DNA from: Candidatus Krumholzibacteriia bacterium | Lineage (GTDB): Bacteria; Krumholzibacteriota; Krumholzibacteriia; JAJRXK01 | Length of the DNA stretch: 64,000 nucleotides | Reading direction: 5' to 3' | Assembly (NCBI GenBank): GCA_041484665.1 | Contig: JBGPIA010000001.1 | Coordinates: 832,001 to 896,000, forward strand | Shown: piece after piece, positions 7,697-17,354 of the stretch | Numbering within the stretch: position 1 is the stretch's first letter | Layout: the number at the start of each line of letters is the position of its first letter | The notes under the pieces: model-generated | What the model saw: only the letters and a program-made list of their open reading frames with translations | The model's database searches: none | What the model was told of the DNA's origin: nothing | Program-made: the position numbers and the translations under genes

Positions 7697-10426
7697 ATGC
7701 GGCCCTTTCCGCCCTCCCGCCCACCCACCGGCCGGCCGAGCCGGATGATCGCCCACCGGATCGCGCGCCCGATCGGCCGCCCGACCGCCGCGTTGCGGAT
7801 CGTCACCCTCGCCGCCGTGCTCGCGCTGGGACGCAGCCGCTTGGGGGCGCTGGCCGCCGAGGCCGACCCCAACCGCCTGGGCAATGCCGCGGCGCCGACC
7901 TTCCAGGCCATCCAGCTCGATCTGGACGCCGATAAGACCGACTACACAGGGCGCACACGCATCGAGCTGAAGGTGCTGCAGCCGGCGAGCGCCCTGCGCT
8001 TCCACGCCGAGGGGCTCAAACTGGACAAGGTGACGCTCACCGGTCCGGCGGGGGCGATCCGGACCACCTTCACGGTGGGTGAGAACGCCATTGTGGTGTT
8101 GACGCCGCTCACGCGGTCGATGCTCATGCCGGGCGACTACGTGCTCGCCATCGAGTTCTCCAACGTCTTCGACACGCAGGCCACCAGCCTCTACCGCCTC
8201 AAGGCCGGCGAGCATGCCTACACCTTTACCCAGTTCGAATCCGACGACGCACGCGAGGCCTTCCCGTGCTGGGACGAGCCGGAGTTCAAGATCCCCTTCC
8301 AAATCACGCTCACGGTCCCCAAGGACCATCTGGCCATCAGCAATACGCCGGTGGACAGCGAGACCGTCGCGGGCGACCACAAGACCGTGGTCTTCCAGCG
8401 CACCCGGCCGCTGCCGGCCTATCTGCTGGCGATCGCGACAGGGCCCTTTGACGTGGTGCCGATCCCCGATCTGGGCGTACCCGGCAACGTCATCACCGTG
8501 AAGGGGTCGGGGGGCCTGGCCGCGGAGGCCGTGCGCATGGCGCCGCCTCTGCTGGAGGCCCTGGAGCACTACTTCGACCGGCCCTATCCCTATGAAAAGC
8601 TGGACCTGCTCGCCGTGCCCGAGTTCTGGCCGGGCGCCATGGAGAACGCCGGCGCGATCACGTTCGCCGATCGCATCCTGCTCATCGATCCGCAATCGGC
8701 CACGGTCGCCCAGCGGCGGTCGCTGGCCAGCGTGATGGCCCACGAGATGGCCCACATGTGGTTCGGCGATCTGGTCACGATGAAGTGGTGGGATGACCTG
8801 TGGCTGAACGAGTCCTTCGCCACGTGGATGGGCAACAAGGTCACCGACGCGGTCTTCCCCGAGTACCAGCTGGGCGTTACTAGCGTGCTCGACGTACAGC
8901 GGGCAATGGAGCAGGACGCCAACCTCACCACGCGTGCGATCCATCAGCCGGTCGTGGCGGGGGAGAATCTCGTGCAGGAGGCGGACGGCCTCACCTACGA
9001 AAAGGGTGCGGCGGTGCTCGGCATGTTCGAGACCTGGATGGGCGAGGAACCGTTCCGCAAGGGCGTGCTCGACTACCTCGAGCGCTTCGCGTGGCGCAAC
9101 GCGCAAGCCTGCGACCTGTGGGCAGCCCTCGCGCGCGCCGGCGGCCAGGACGTCGGGGCCGCCATGACCGGCTACCTCGACCAGAAGGGCGTGCCGCTGG
9201 TGTCGGCGCGGCTATTGCCCGACGGCTCCGTGGAGCTGAGCCAGACGCGCGCTCTCCACTACGGCGTGCAGGACGCCGAGTCGGCGGCACGGCTGTGGAC
9301 CATCCCGGTGTTCCTGAGCTGGGGGGACGGCGCGCAGACCCAGACGCAGACCGTGTTGCTCACGCAGCGCTCGCAGGTGGTCGAGCTACCCAAGGGCATC
9401 AAACCGGCCTGGATCCATCCCGATAGCGGCGAGCGTGGCTACTACCGCTGGAGCGTGCCGCCCGACCTGCTCACTGCCATGGCGTCGCGGGCGGCGGCCA
9501 TTCTCTCGCCGCGCGAGCGCGTCGGGCTGACGGGCCACGTGGGCGCGCTGCTGGAAGCGGGCGAGATCCACGCCGATACCTACCTGAGATCGCTCGAGGA
9601 GCTCGCCGACGATCCGCAGCCCGAGGTGGTCGACGCCGTGCTCAGCCATCTCGGCGGAGTGCGCGCGGCGTTCGTCACCGCGGAGCTGGAGAGCGATTTC
9701 GCACGCTACGTGCGCCGTCTGGCAGCGCCGTCGGTGACCCGCTTCGGCCTGGAGGCCAAGGAAGGCGAGCCCGAGACCGTGCCGGTGCTGAGGGCGAAGC
9801 TGCTCATGTGGTTGGGGCGCTGGGGTCACGACGAGGCAGCATTGCAGCGCTCCCGCACGCTGGCCGACAGCTACTTCAAGGACCGCCACTCCGTCGATCC
9901 GTCGCTGGTGGGCACAGCGTTGAGCCTCGCCGCGCTCAACGGGGACTGGAAGCTGTACAACCAATTGAAGACCGGGTTCGAGACCACCGAAATCCCCGCG
10001 GAGCGCGGCCGCTATCTAGCAGCCATGGGCTGCTTCCTCGACGCGCAGTACCTCAAGGCGGCTCTGCGCTACACCGTCACCGGGCCACTCCGCCCGCAGG
10101 AGCTTTTCACCGTCGTGTTCGGCATGGGCACGGTGCAGCTGGATCCGGGGCCCATGCTGTGGGACTGGATGACCGGCAACTACGACGCGATCGCGGCGCG
10201 GATCCCGCCCACGTTCATGGCCTACATGCCCTTCTTCGCCAGCGGCTGCGACCAGAGCCGCCTGGCCGCCGCGCGGGAGTTCTTCGCCGATGAGAAGCAC
10301 AAGGTGGCGGGAACCGACAAGACCCTCGAGCAGGTCGCCGAGTCGGTCACCCATTGCGCGCAACTGCGCGATCGTGAAGGCAAGGCCGTGTCCGCGTATC
10401 TGCGCCAAGCCGTGGGCCTGCGGTGA
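7697..10426 (+). CDS. pepN: M1 family aminopeptidase (aminopeptidase N/ERAP1-type)
   Basis: TQFE...AREAFPCWDEP, GAMENAG, HEMAHMWFGD...WLNESFA, TYEKG; ERAP1-like C-terminus. ATG 7697 follows AAGGAG. Confidence 0.93.
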   Translation: MRPFPPSRPPTGRPSRMIAHRIARPIGRPTAALRIVTLAAVLALGRSRLGALAAEADPNRLGNAAAPTFQAIQLDLDADKTDYTGRTRIELKVLQPASALRFHAEGLKLDKVTLTGPAGAIRTTFTVGENAIVVLTPLTRSMLMPGDYVLAIEFSNVFDTQATSLYRLKAGEHAYTFTQFESDDAREAFPCWDEPEFKIPFQITLTVPKDHLAISNTPVDSETVAGDHKTVVFQRTRPLPAYLLAIATGPFDVVPIPDLGVPGNVITVKGSGGLAAEAVRMAPPLLEALEHYFDRPYPYEKLDLLAVPEFWPGAMENAGAITFADRILLIDPQSATVAQRRSLASVMAHEMAHMWFGDLVTMKWWDDLWLNESFATWMGNKVTDAVFPEYQLGVTSVLDVQRAMEQDANLTTRAIHQPVVAGENLVQEADGLTYEKGAAVLGMFETWMGEEPFRKGVLDYLERFAWRNAQACDLWAALARAGGQDVGAAMTGYLDQKGVPLVSARLLPDGSVELSQTRALHYGVQDAESAARLWTIPVFLSWGDGAQTQTQTVLLTQRSQVVELPKGIKPAWIHPDSGERGYYRWSVPPDLLTAMASRAAAILSPRERVGLTGHVGALLEAGEIHADTYLRSLEELADDPQPEVVDAVLSHLGGVRAAFVTAELESDFARYVRRLAAPSVTRFGLEAKEGEPETVPVLRAKLLMWLGRWGHDEAALQRSRTLADSYFKDRHSVDPSLVGTALSLAALNGDWKLYNQLKTGFETTEIPAERGRYLAAMGCFLDAQYLKAALRYTVTGPLRPQELFTVVFGMGTVQLDPGPMLWDWMTGNYDAIAARIPPTFMAYMPFFASGCDQSRLAAAREFFADEKHKVAGTDKTLEQVAESVTHCAQLRDREGKAVSAYLRQAVGLR

Positions 10427-10941
10427 GACCGCTCGAGGAGTTCGCCGGCCAGGATCTGGAGTGGGTTCAGCCCACGCGTTTGCGGCGCGCTTGGGACCTG
10501 CGCTCTGGCGCCGAGACCGTGGCCATGCTGCGCTGGCAGCAGACGTTCGGCTCGCTCGCGCTGGGCGAGGCGGCCAACGGGCGCTGGTACTTCAAACGGC
10601 ATGGCTTCATCCCACCCAGGATCACCGCGCGTGCGGAACGGTCCGCCCGCGACCCGGTCACGCTGCAGCTGGGCTGGCTGGGCAAGGGTGAGCTCCAGAC
10701 GCCTGACGGCCGCCGGTTTCGTTGGACGCCGATCGGCCTCTTGTACCGCCGGTGGACGATGTCCACCGACGCGGGCAGCGTGGTTCTGCGCTATCACACC
10801 CACATCGAGCTGCTGCGCAAAGGCGCCACGCTGCGGGTGGAGCGGACCAGCGTCTCGATCGCGCACCTGTCACTGCTGGCGATCTTGGGGTGGTACACGA
10901 TCGTACGGCTCACCGACGAGGCCGCCAGCCACGCCGGTTGA
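10423..10941 (+). CDS. Hypothetical protein
   Basis: GTGA overlap with the aminopeptidase stop; coding-like codon usage; beta-rich with a hydrophobic C-terminal helix. Confidence 0.7.
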   Translation: MRPLEEFAGQDLEWVQPTRLRRAWDLRSGAETVAMLRWQQTFGSLALGEAANGRWYFKRHGFIPPRITARAERSARDPVTLQLGWLGKGELQTPDGRRFRWTPIGLLYRRWTMSTDAGSVVLRYHTHIELLRKGATLRVERTSVSIAHLSLLAILGWYTIVRLTDEAASHAG

Positions 10942-11013
10942 GGCGCGCGGTCCGGCCGTGGGCATTGCCGGGGTGGTGCGAGACACGCGCCGCACGCCAC
11001 GCGTAGCGCAGGA

Positions 11014-12549
11014 TCAGCGGAAGAAGATGAACGTGACCGCCACGAACAGCGGGATCAGGATCGCCCCCGACCACTTGACGTAGCCCAAGAACGAGGGCAT
11101 CCGCACGCCGTTCTCCTCGGCAATGGCTTTGACCATGAAGTTGGGGCCGTTGCCGATGTAAGTATTGGCCCCCATGAACACGGAACCGCACGAGACGGCC
11201 GTGAGCAGCGCCACCGCCTCCGGCCCGTGGGCCAGGAACTGGGCGAGATAGCGGCTGCCCTCTGCGCCCACCCCCAGTGTGCCGCACGCGGCAGCCGCGA
11301 ACGTCAGGTAGGTGGGAGCGTTGTCCAGGAAGCTCGACAGCCCCCCCGACGCCCAGAAGAACTGCCACGGGTGCGCGAGCCCGAGCGCAGGACCCGCGGC
11401 ATTGAGGATCTGCAGCGGCGCGATCATCGTCAGGAAGATCCCCGCGAACAGCACGGCGACCTCGACGATCGGCCCAAACGTGAAGTTGTGCGCCGCGCGC
11501 GTGGGCTGGCGTGTGGTGACGTAGGCCGCGATCCCCAGCCCCAGCATCAGCCCCTCCTGCAGGCCGAACGGCCAGTGGCCCCCCGCGGCCCCCCACCCAT
11601 TGCCCTTGCCCAGGACCACCAGCACCACGCCCAACAGGAACAGCAGATTGTGCGCGCCCTCGATGCGCAGCGGCTGGTGCTCCATCACCTCGTCCAAGAG
11701 CGACCCGGGCCGCTCCTTCTCGTCCTTGTCGAGCATGAAGTCGTCGAGGAAGTGGAACAGGATCAGCAGCGCGCCGTTGACCAGCAGCCACTCCTTCCAC
11801 AGTCGCAGCGTCCACTGGAACGGCACGCCCTTGAGGAAACCCAGGAACAGCGGCGGGTCACCCAGCGGGGTGAGCAGCCCGCCGCAGTTGGACACGATGA
11901 AGATGAAGAAGATCACCAGGTGGACCTTGCGCAGGCGTTTTGCGTTGGCGCGCAGCAGGGGTCGCACCAGGATCATCGAAGCGCCGGTCGTGCCCACCAC
12001 ACTCGCGAGCACAGCCCCGATGGCGAGCAGGGTGGTGTTGGACAGCGGCGTGCCAGCCAGCGAGCCCCGCACGAGGATCCCGCCGCTGATGGTGAAGAGC
12101 GAGCCCAGCAGCGCGATGAACGACAGATAGTCCAGCACCGCCTCGCTCACCCAATGGCCGGCGTGCTCGCCGTGCGACACCAGCAGGTAGGCCGTCAGCA
12201 GACCGCCCAACCCCAGACTCACCAGCGCCCGGTTGCGGTTGTGGTGCCACCAGCGGGGAGCCGTCAGGGGCAGGACCGCGATCGAAAGCAGCAGCAAGAC
12301 GAAAGGGAGGACGGTCCACAGCGGCAGGTGTGGCGCGCCCGCCCCGGCCGCCGCCGGCGCAGCGCCTCCTGGATCACCGGAGACCGCTGCAGCCGGCGCA
12401 CGCGAGAGGGCGAGCGCGGCCGCGCTCGCCAGGGCGGTCGTGGCGACGATGACGGTCGCGACAACGATGGCGATCCTGGCAACGTTCGCGATCGTGGCGA
12501 CGGCTGCGGTCCGAGCGAGGCTGGGGGCGGCCGCCGGGCGGAGGTTCAT
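11014..12549 (-). CDS. Sodium:proton antiporter / CitMHS_2 (IT superfamily) transporter
   Basis: GTTGASM, NCGGLLTPLGDPPLFLGFL, SSFLDNAPTY, GANTYIGNGPNFMVK; multiple TMs. Confidence 0.88.
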   Translation of the reverse strand: MNLRPAAAPSLARTAAVATIANVARIAIVVATVIVATTALASAAALALSRAPAAAVSGDPGGAAPAAAGAGAPHLPLWTVLPFVLLLLSIAVLPLTAPRWWHHNRNRALVSLGLGGLLTAYLLVSHGEHAGHWVSEAVLDYLSFIALLGSLFTISGGILVRGSLAGTPLSNTTLLAIGAVLASVVGTTGASMILVRPLLRANAKRLRKVHLVIFFIFIVSNCGGLLTPLGDPPLFLGFLKGVPFQWTLRLWKEWLLVNGALLILFHFLDDFMLDKDEKERPGSLLDEVMEHQPLRIEGAHNLLFLLGVVLVVLGKGNGWGAAGGHWPFGLQEGLMLGLGIAAYVTTRQPTRAAHNFTFGPIVEVAVLFAGIFLTMIAPLQILNAAGPALGLAHPWQFFWASGGLSSFLDNAPTYLTFAAAACGTLGVGAEGSRYLAQFLAHGPEAVALLTAVSCGSVFMGANTYIGNGPNFMVKAIAEENGVRMPSFLGYVKWSGAILIPLFVAVTFIFFR

Positions 12550-12801
12550 GGGTTTCCACGCCGTCTGCTGGGGTCGCGCCCTTGTAACAGATGGCCTCGG
12601 TCGGGGCAATGCCGTCGCCGAGGTGCTGGCGCCAGGCCGGCCAGCGAGGTCGGCTGTGGTTGGGGTCTGCGCTGGGCTATGACCTCGTATCAAACTGTGT
12701 TCCAATCGGTTACAGCCTCGTCCGGGATAAGGCCCCAACCCGCCCGCCGCTCTTGCGGCGCTGGCCCGCCCCCGTCGCGATTGCGGCCGACCTCGGGCCT
12801 C

Positions 12802-12840
12802 TTGCGCAGACTATATCTATATGATATCATTTTGCTACCA
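12802..12840 (+). promoter_or_regulatory. Sigma70-like promoter overlapped by a putative RHH operator
   Basis: TTGCGC-N17-TATCAT (12802-12830); palindrome TGATATCA (12822-12829) plus a degenerate copy TGCTACCA (12833-12840); AT-rich patch upstream of GGAGG-ATG. Confidence 0.55.
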
Positions 12841-12854
12841 ACCGGAGGTGGTCC

Positions 12855-13736
12855 ATGAACCGCGAGCTGATCCGCGAGAAGAAGCCGAGCGCCGCCCCGG
12901 GCGGCCTGATGTTGGTGGTGCTCTTGGCCGCGCTCATCGGAACGGTCGTCTGGCTCATCCAGTCGGCAAAGACGGGCTCAGGCGAAGGCGTCCTGGTCAG
13001 CCTCGTGCTGCTGGGGATCACCATCGTCGCCCTCCCGGGCCTCACGGTGGTCAACCCGAACCAGGGGCGCGTGCTGGTGCTGTTCGGCACGTACGTCGGC
13101 ACCCTCAAGGAGCAGGGATTCTGGTACGTGAATCCCTTCTGCCAGAAGCGGTCGATCTCCCTGAAGGTGCGGAACTTCGAGAGCTCCAAGCTCAAGGTCA
13201 ACGACCACGACGGCAACCCGATCGAGATCGCCGCGGTGGTGGTCTGGCGGGTCGTGGAGACCGCCGAAGCGATCTTCCAGGTCGACGACTACGAGAATTT
13301 CGTCCACGTGCAGAGCGAGGCGGCGCTGCGCAACCTGGCGACTTCGTATCCCTACGATCAGCACGTTGAGGGTCAGAAGGCCCTGCGCAGTCACACGTCG
13401 GACGTGGCCGAGGACCTCAAGAAGGAGATCCAGGACCGGCTGACGAAGGCTGGTGTGAACGTGATCGAGGCGCGCATCAGCCACCTGGCATATGCGCCCG
13501 AGATCGCCGGTGCGATGCTGCGCCGCCAGCAAGCGAACGCCATCGTGGCAGCGCGCCAGAGGATCGTGGAGGGCGCCGTGGGCATGGTGGAGATGGCCCT
13601 GGAGATGCTCTCGCAGAAGCACGTCGTGCAGCTCGACGAGGAGCGCAAGGCCGCCATGGTCAGCAATCTACTGGTGGTGCTCTGCAGCGATCAGCACACC
13701 CAGCCCGTGGTGAATACGGGGTCCCTCTACACGTGA
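12855..13736 (+). CDS. SPFH/band 7 domain membrane protein
   Basis: Two N-terminal TMs; [51 protein letters not shown]. Confidence 0.92.
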   Translation: MNRELIREKKPSAAPGGLMLVVLLAALIGTVVWLIQSAKTGSGEGVLVSLVLLGITIVALPGLTVVNPNQGRVLVLFGTYVGTLKEQGFWYVNPFCQKRSISLKVRNFESSKLKVNDHDGNPIEIAAVVVWRVVETAEAIFQVDDYENFVHVQSEAALRNLATSYPYDQHVEGQKALRSHTSDVAEDLKKEIQDRLTKAGVNVIEARISHLAYAPEIAGAMLRRQQANAIVAARQRIVEGAVGMVEMALEMLSQKHVVQLDEERKAAMVSNLLVVLCSDQHTQPVVNTGSLYT

Positions 13737-13740
13737 GCTT

Positions 13741-13962
13741 GTGATCGTGGCGGACCGGCGCTCCTACCTGCTGCGGATCGATCGCAAAGTGCTCGACGCG
13801 ATGCAGCGCTGGGCGCGGGACGACCTGCGCAGCGTCAATGCGCAGATCGAGTTCGTGCTGCGCCGGGCGCTGCACGGCGAGGGCCGCTTGCCGCAGGAGG
13901 ACCCCACCGCGGGCTCCGCCAAGCCTCCCTTGGACCCCGGGCGGCGCAGGGATCCGCCGTAA
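13741..13962 (+). CDS. Arc-like ribbon-helix-helix DNA-binding protein
   Basis: RRSYLLRID...WARDDLRSVNAQIEFVLRRAL; directly follows the SPFH gene. Confidence 0.85.
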   Translation: MIVADRRSYLLRIDRKVLDAMQRWARDDLRSVNAQIEFVLRRALHGEGRLPQEDPTAGSAKPPLDPGRRRDPP

Positions 13963-14477
13963 GGCCGTTCGTGATCTCGGGACCCAAGTGTCCACGCGCG
14001 CTCCCGGTCCCGACCTCTGTCCCCCCGGTGCGCATCCGGCAGGTCCAGTTCGTTCCTCTCTCGGGAGGGCGGGGCTGCGGACAGAAGCGCGCGCCAGTCG
14101 GCCCCTCGCTTGGCGATGGCATGGCAATCGACTAAGCTCCGTCGGCCTGGTCCGCTCCGCGGAGCACCGCGCACCCGTGGGGGCGCAGCGGTGGACCACG
14201 GCCCGCCGCCCGACCCCGTCCATGGACCACGCCCCGCCGGACCCTCCGCAAGCCCCCCCGCCGGCGCGACCGCGACCAGAGTCCTCCACGCTGGGCTCGT
14301 CCCACCTCGCGCTGTACGTAGCGTCGTAAGACCTGCGTCCCGGCGGCCGATCGCCCGCTGCCCGGCCTGATGAAGGGCGTTCGGCGCTCGCTGCAGCGCC
14401 CGGGCCTCCAGCGGCATCTGCTCAAGTAGGAGGCCCCGCACGGGGTGCCTCGCATGGATCGGCCCGGGAGGAATGCC

Positions 14478-14669
14478 ATGTCGCACCGGTACACGACGCC
14501 GCACTTGATCGCCCGCATCTGGCCGGCCCCGCAACCGAGACCGCGGGCGCAGGTCCTGCCGCTCTCGCGCTACAGCCGGCGCCGCGATCCGACGTTCCAG
14601 CACATGGTTGGGTCGTGGGCGTTGGCGGGCGTGCTGACGCTTCTCGCGCTGCTCGCCACGCGGCTTTGA
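14478..14669 (+). CDS. Small hypothetical protein with a C-terminal TM helix
   Basis: GGAGGA upstream of ATG 14478; basic N-terminus, hydrophobic C-terminus (WALAGVLTLLALLATRL). Confidence 0.4.
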   Translation: MSHRYTTPHLIARIWPAPQPRPRAQVLPLSRYSRRRDPTFQHMVGSWALAGVLTLLALLATRL

Positions 14670-14735
14670 CCGGTTGGGGTTGACCGGCAAGTCTGGCGAA
14701 CCGCTCTGCCCCACCTCGCGGAGAATCGGATCCTT

Positions 14736-14984
14736 CTACCGGACGAAGCTGATCGGCAGGCTCGCGGCTTCGCCAACCGCCTCGAGGCGGGCTACGTAGC
14801 TGCCGGAGCCGACCGCCTTGCCCCGCAGGCCCGTTCCATCCCACACCACTCGATGGCTGCCGCGCGGCACGTCCTCGTCCTCCTGAGTCCGGACGAGCCT
14901 GCCACCCAATCGGTAGATGCTCAGGCGGACGTGCGCCGCGGCAGGCAGCTGGGCGAGGTATCTTTGGCCCTGGGGATGGTGAAC
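14736..14984 (-). pseudogene. Orphan FlgD-type Ig-like C-terminal domain (gene remnant)
   Basis: Manual translation (not in the ORF track): HVRLSIYRLGGRLVRTQEDEDVPRGSHRVVWDGTGLRGKAVGSGSYVARLEAVGEAASLPISFVR*. No convincing start. Confidence 0.65.
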
Positions 14985-15034
14985 ACGCCTGGCGCGCCCG
15001 GGGAGTGCGGAGCGCCGGCGCCTTCTGCTGCGCG

Positions 15035-15077
15035 TCCGTCTACGGCTGCGCTTCCGTCTACGGCTGAGCTTCCGTCT
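15035..15077. repeat. 18-bp tandem repeat (about 2.4 copies)
   Basis: TCCGTCTACGGCTGCGCT / TCCGTCTACGGCTGAGCT / TCCGTCT. Confidence 0.75.
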
Positions 15078-15087
15078 TTGGCCGCGC

Positions 15088-17346
15088 CTACGACCGCCGC
15101 GCCCCGGCGCGGCGCGCCAGCAGCCACGCCTGGCTGCTGATGCGGGTTTCGTCGTCGTGCGGCTGGACGCGCTCGTAGACGCCTGTCGGCAGCAGTCGGC
15201 GCGCTTTCACGTTGTCGGCGAGTTGCACCGCCAGCACCTCGTCGCGCAGGTGGCGCACCAGCACGGGGTCCTCCACGGGGAAGAGGACCTCCACGCGGCG
15301 GGTCAGGTTGCGCGGCATGAGGTCGGCGCTGCCCAGGTAGACCGCCTCGCTCCCCCCGTTGCGGAAATAGTAGATGCGGCTGTGCTCCAGGAAGCGCCCC
15401 ACGATGCTGGTGACGCGGATGTTATCGCTCACGCCCTGGATGCCGGGGATCAGGCAGCAAATGCCCCGCACCAGCAGGTCGATCTTCACGCCCGCCTGCG
15501 ACGCGCGGTAGAGCAGCTGGATCATCCGCTTGTCGGCCAGGGAGTTCATCTTGAAGATCAGGTGCCCCTGCTCGCCATGTTCCTGGTGCTCGATCTCACG
15601 CTCGATGAGTTGCTCGAGCCCTTTGCGCAGGTTGATGGGCGCGACTAGCAGCTTGCGGTAGGCCGTCTTGGCGGAGTAACCGGTCAGGTAGTTGAACAGG
15701 TCGGTCGCGTCGGCCCCGATCGCTTCGTCGCAGGTGAAGAAGCCAAGATCCGTATACACCTGCGCCGTGGTGGTGTTGTAGTTGCCCGTGGAGAGGTGGA
15801 CGTAGCGGCGGATGCGGTCCGCCTCGTTGCGCACGACCAGGGCGATCTTGCAGTGGGTCTTCAGCCCCACCAGTCCGTAGATCACGTGCACGCCCTCGCG
15901 CTCCAGCGCGCGTGCCCAGCCGATGTTGCTCTCCTCGTCGAAACGCGCCTTGAGCTCCACCAACACCGCCACCTGCTTGCCGTGCTCGCGCGCCTCCAGC
16001 AGCGCCTCCACCACCGGGGAGTTGCGCCCGACGCGGTACAGGGTCTGCTTGATGGCCAGCACCTGGGGGTCTCGCGCGGCGCGCTCGATGAAGTCGACGA
16101 CCGGCGCGAACGAGTCGAATGGATGGTGCAGCAGGATGTCCTGCTGGCGGATGGTCGCGAAGATGTCCCCTTCGCCGGTCTCGGGCGAGAGCGCTGCCGG
16201 CGTTGCGGGCATGAACGGCGGTTCCTTGAGGTCGCGGCGGTCCACGGCGTGCAACTCCATCAGGCTGCGCAGTCCCAGCGGCGCCGGCAGCGCGTAGACA
16301 TCCTTGGGGTCCATACCGAGGTTTTCCACCAGGATGTCGCGGATCTTCACCGGCATGTCCTCGGTCACGGTCAGCCGCACGACAGAGCGGAATCGCCGCT
16401 CGCGCACCCCTTGCTCGATCGTCTCCAGCAAGTCGTCCGCCTCCAGCTCCTGGATCACGAAGTCCGCGTCGCGGGTCACCTGGAATGGGTACGCCGCCAC
16501 GATCTCCATCCCCGGGAACAGCGCCTGCAGGTTGGCGGCGATCATCTGCTCGAGCCACACAAAGCAGAGCCCCTGCGGCGCACCGTCCAAGGCCCGGGCA
16601 ACCCGCGGGCGGCGGACCGTGACCAGGCGCGGGAATGCCTCGGGCACCTTCAGGCGCGCGAAGCGCTCCTGCCCCTGGGGATCGCGGATCGAGATGGCCA
16701 GGTTCAGGCTCAGGTTGGAGATGTGCGGGAACGGACGTCCCGGATCAAAGGCCAGCGGCGTCAGGACCGGGAAGACAGCCTCGTCGAAGTATTTCTGGAC
16801 GCCGGCGCGCTGCTCGTCGTCGAGCTCGCGGTACTCCAGAAGGTGCACACCGGCGGCGCGGAGCTTGGGCAGCAGATCTTCCTTGAGCGTGATGCGCGCC
16901 TGGCGAGCGAGCCGCTCGGCGGTGCGCCGGACGGCTGCCAGCTGCTCGGCGGGCGTGAGCCCGTCGGGTGGCAGGTCGACGAACCCGGCGCTGATCTGCT
17001 GCCGTAGCCCCGCCACCCGCACCATGAAGAACTCGTCGAGATTGGAGGCAACGATGGCGAGGAACTTCACCCGATCCAACAGTGCATTGCTCTCGTCCTG
17101 GGCCTCCTCCAGCACACGCCACTGGAAGTCCAGGAGTGCCATCTCGCGGTTGAGGAAAAGGCGCGGATCGTCCAGGTCCACGTCCGGCGGCAGCGGGTGT
17201 TGTGCTGCAGGGGGTTGCGGCCCCGTGGTGCGCGCGGCCGGGGGCTGCGTCGGATCGGGCTGCGCAGGCGCGGGCGCAGCGACGGCAGGCTGCGCAGGCG
17301 CGGGCGGTGCCGGCTGGACGGGCTGGGCGGGATCGGAGGGCGACAT
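15088..17346 (-). CDS. ppk1: Polyphosphate kinase 1
   Basis: FLNRE, SNLDEFFMVRVAGL, DILLHHPFDSF, KQTLYR, ELKARFDEESNI, LKTHCK, GRFLEHSR, GSADLMPRNL. Start at ATG 17346 with a Pro/Ala-rich N-extension. Confidence 0.96.
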   Translation of the reverse strand: MSPSDPAQPVQPAPPAPAQPAVAAPAPAQPDPTQPPAARTTGPQPPAAQHPLPPDVDLDDPRLFLNREMALLDFQWRVLEEAQDESNALLDRVKFLAIVASNLDEFFMVRVAGLRQQISAGFVDLPPDGLTPAEQLAAVRRTAERLARQARITLKEDLLPKLRAAGVHLLEYRELDDEQRAGVQKYFDEAVFPVLTPLAFDPGRPFPHISNLSLNLAISIRDPQGQERFARLKVPEAFPRLVTVRRPRVARALDGAPQGLCFVWLEQMIAANLQALFPGMEIVAAYPFQVTRDADFVIQELEADDLLETIEQGVRERRFRSVVRLTVTEDMPVKIRDILVENLGMDPKDVYALPAPLGLRSLMELHAVDRRDLKEPPFMPATPAALSPETGEGDIFATIRQQDILLHHPFDSFAPVVDFIERAARDPQVLAIKQTLYRVGRNSPVVEALLEAREHGKQVAVLVELKARFDEESNIGWARALEREGVHVIYGLVGLKTHCKIALVVRNEADRIRRYVHLSTGNYNTTTAQVYTDLGFFTCDEAIGADATDLFNYLTGYSAKTAYRKLLVAPINLRKGLEQLIEREIEHQEHGEQGHLIFKMNSLADKRMIQLLYRASQAGVKIDLLVRGICCLIPGIQGVSDNIRVTSIVGRFLEHSRIYYFRNGGSEAVYLGSADLMPRNLTRRVEVLFPVEDPVLVRHLRDEVLAVQLADNVKARRLLPTGVYERVQPHDDETRISSQAWLLARRAGARRS

Positions 17347-17354
17347 GGAGTTTT

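Noticed and set aside
12680..12716. TGTAAC upstream of the antiporter (minus strand) as a second ECF promoter
   Set aside because: No CGT(C) -10 element at a 16-17 nt spacing.
14192..14245. Two near-direct repeats (TGGACCACG-C-rich) as a possible CRISPR
   Set aside because: Only two degenerate copies about 31 bp apart, no spacer structure and no cas genes.
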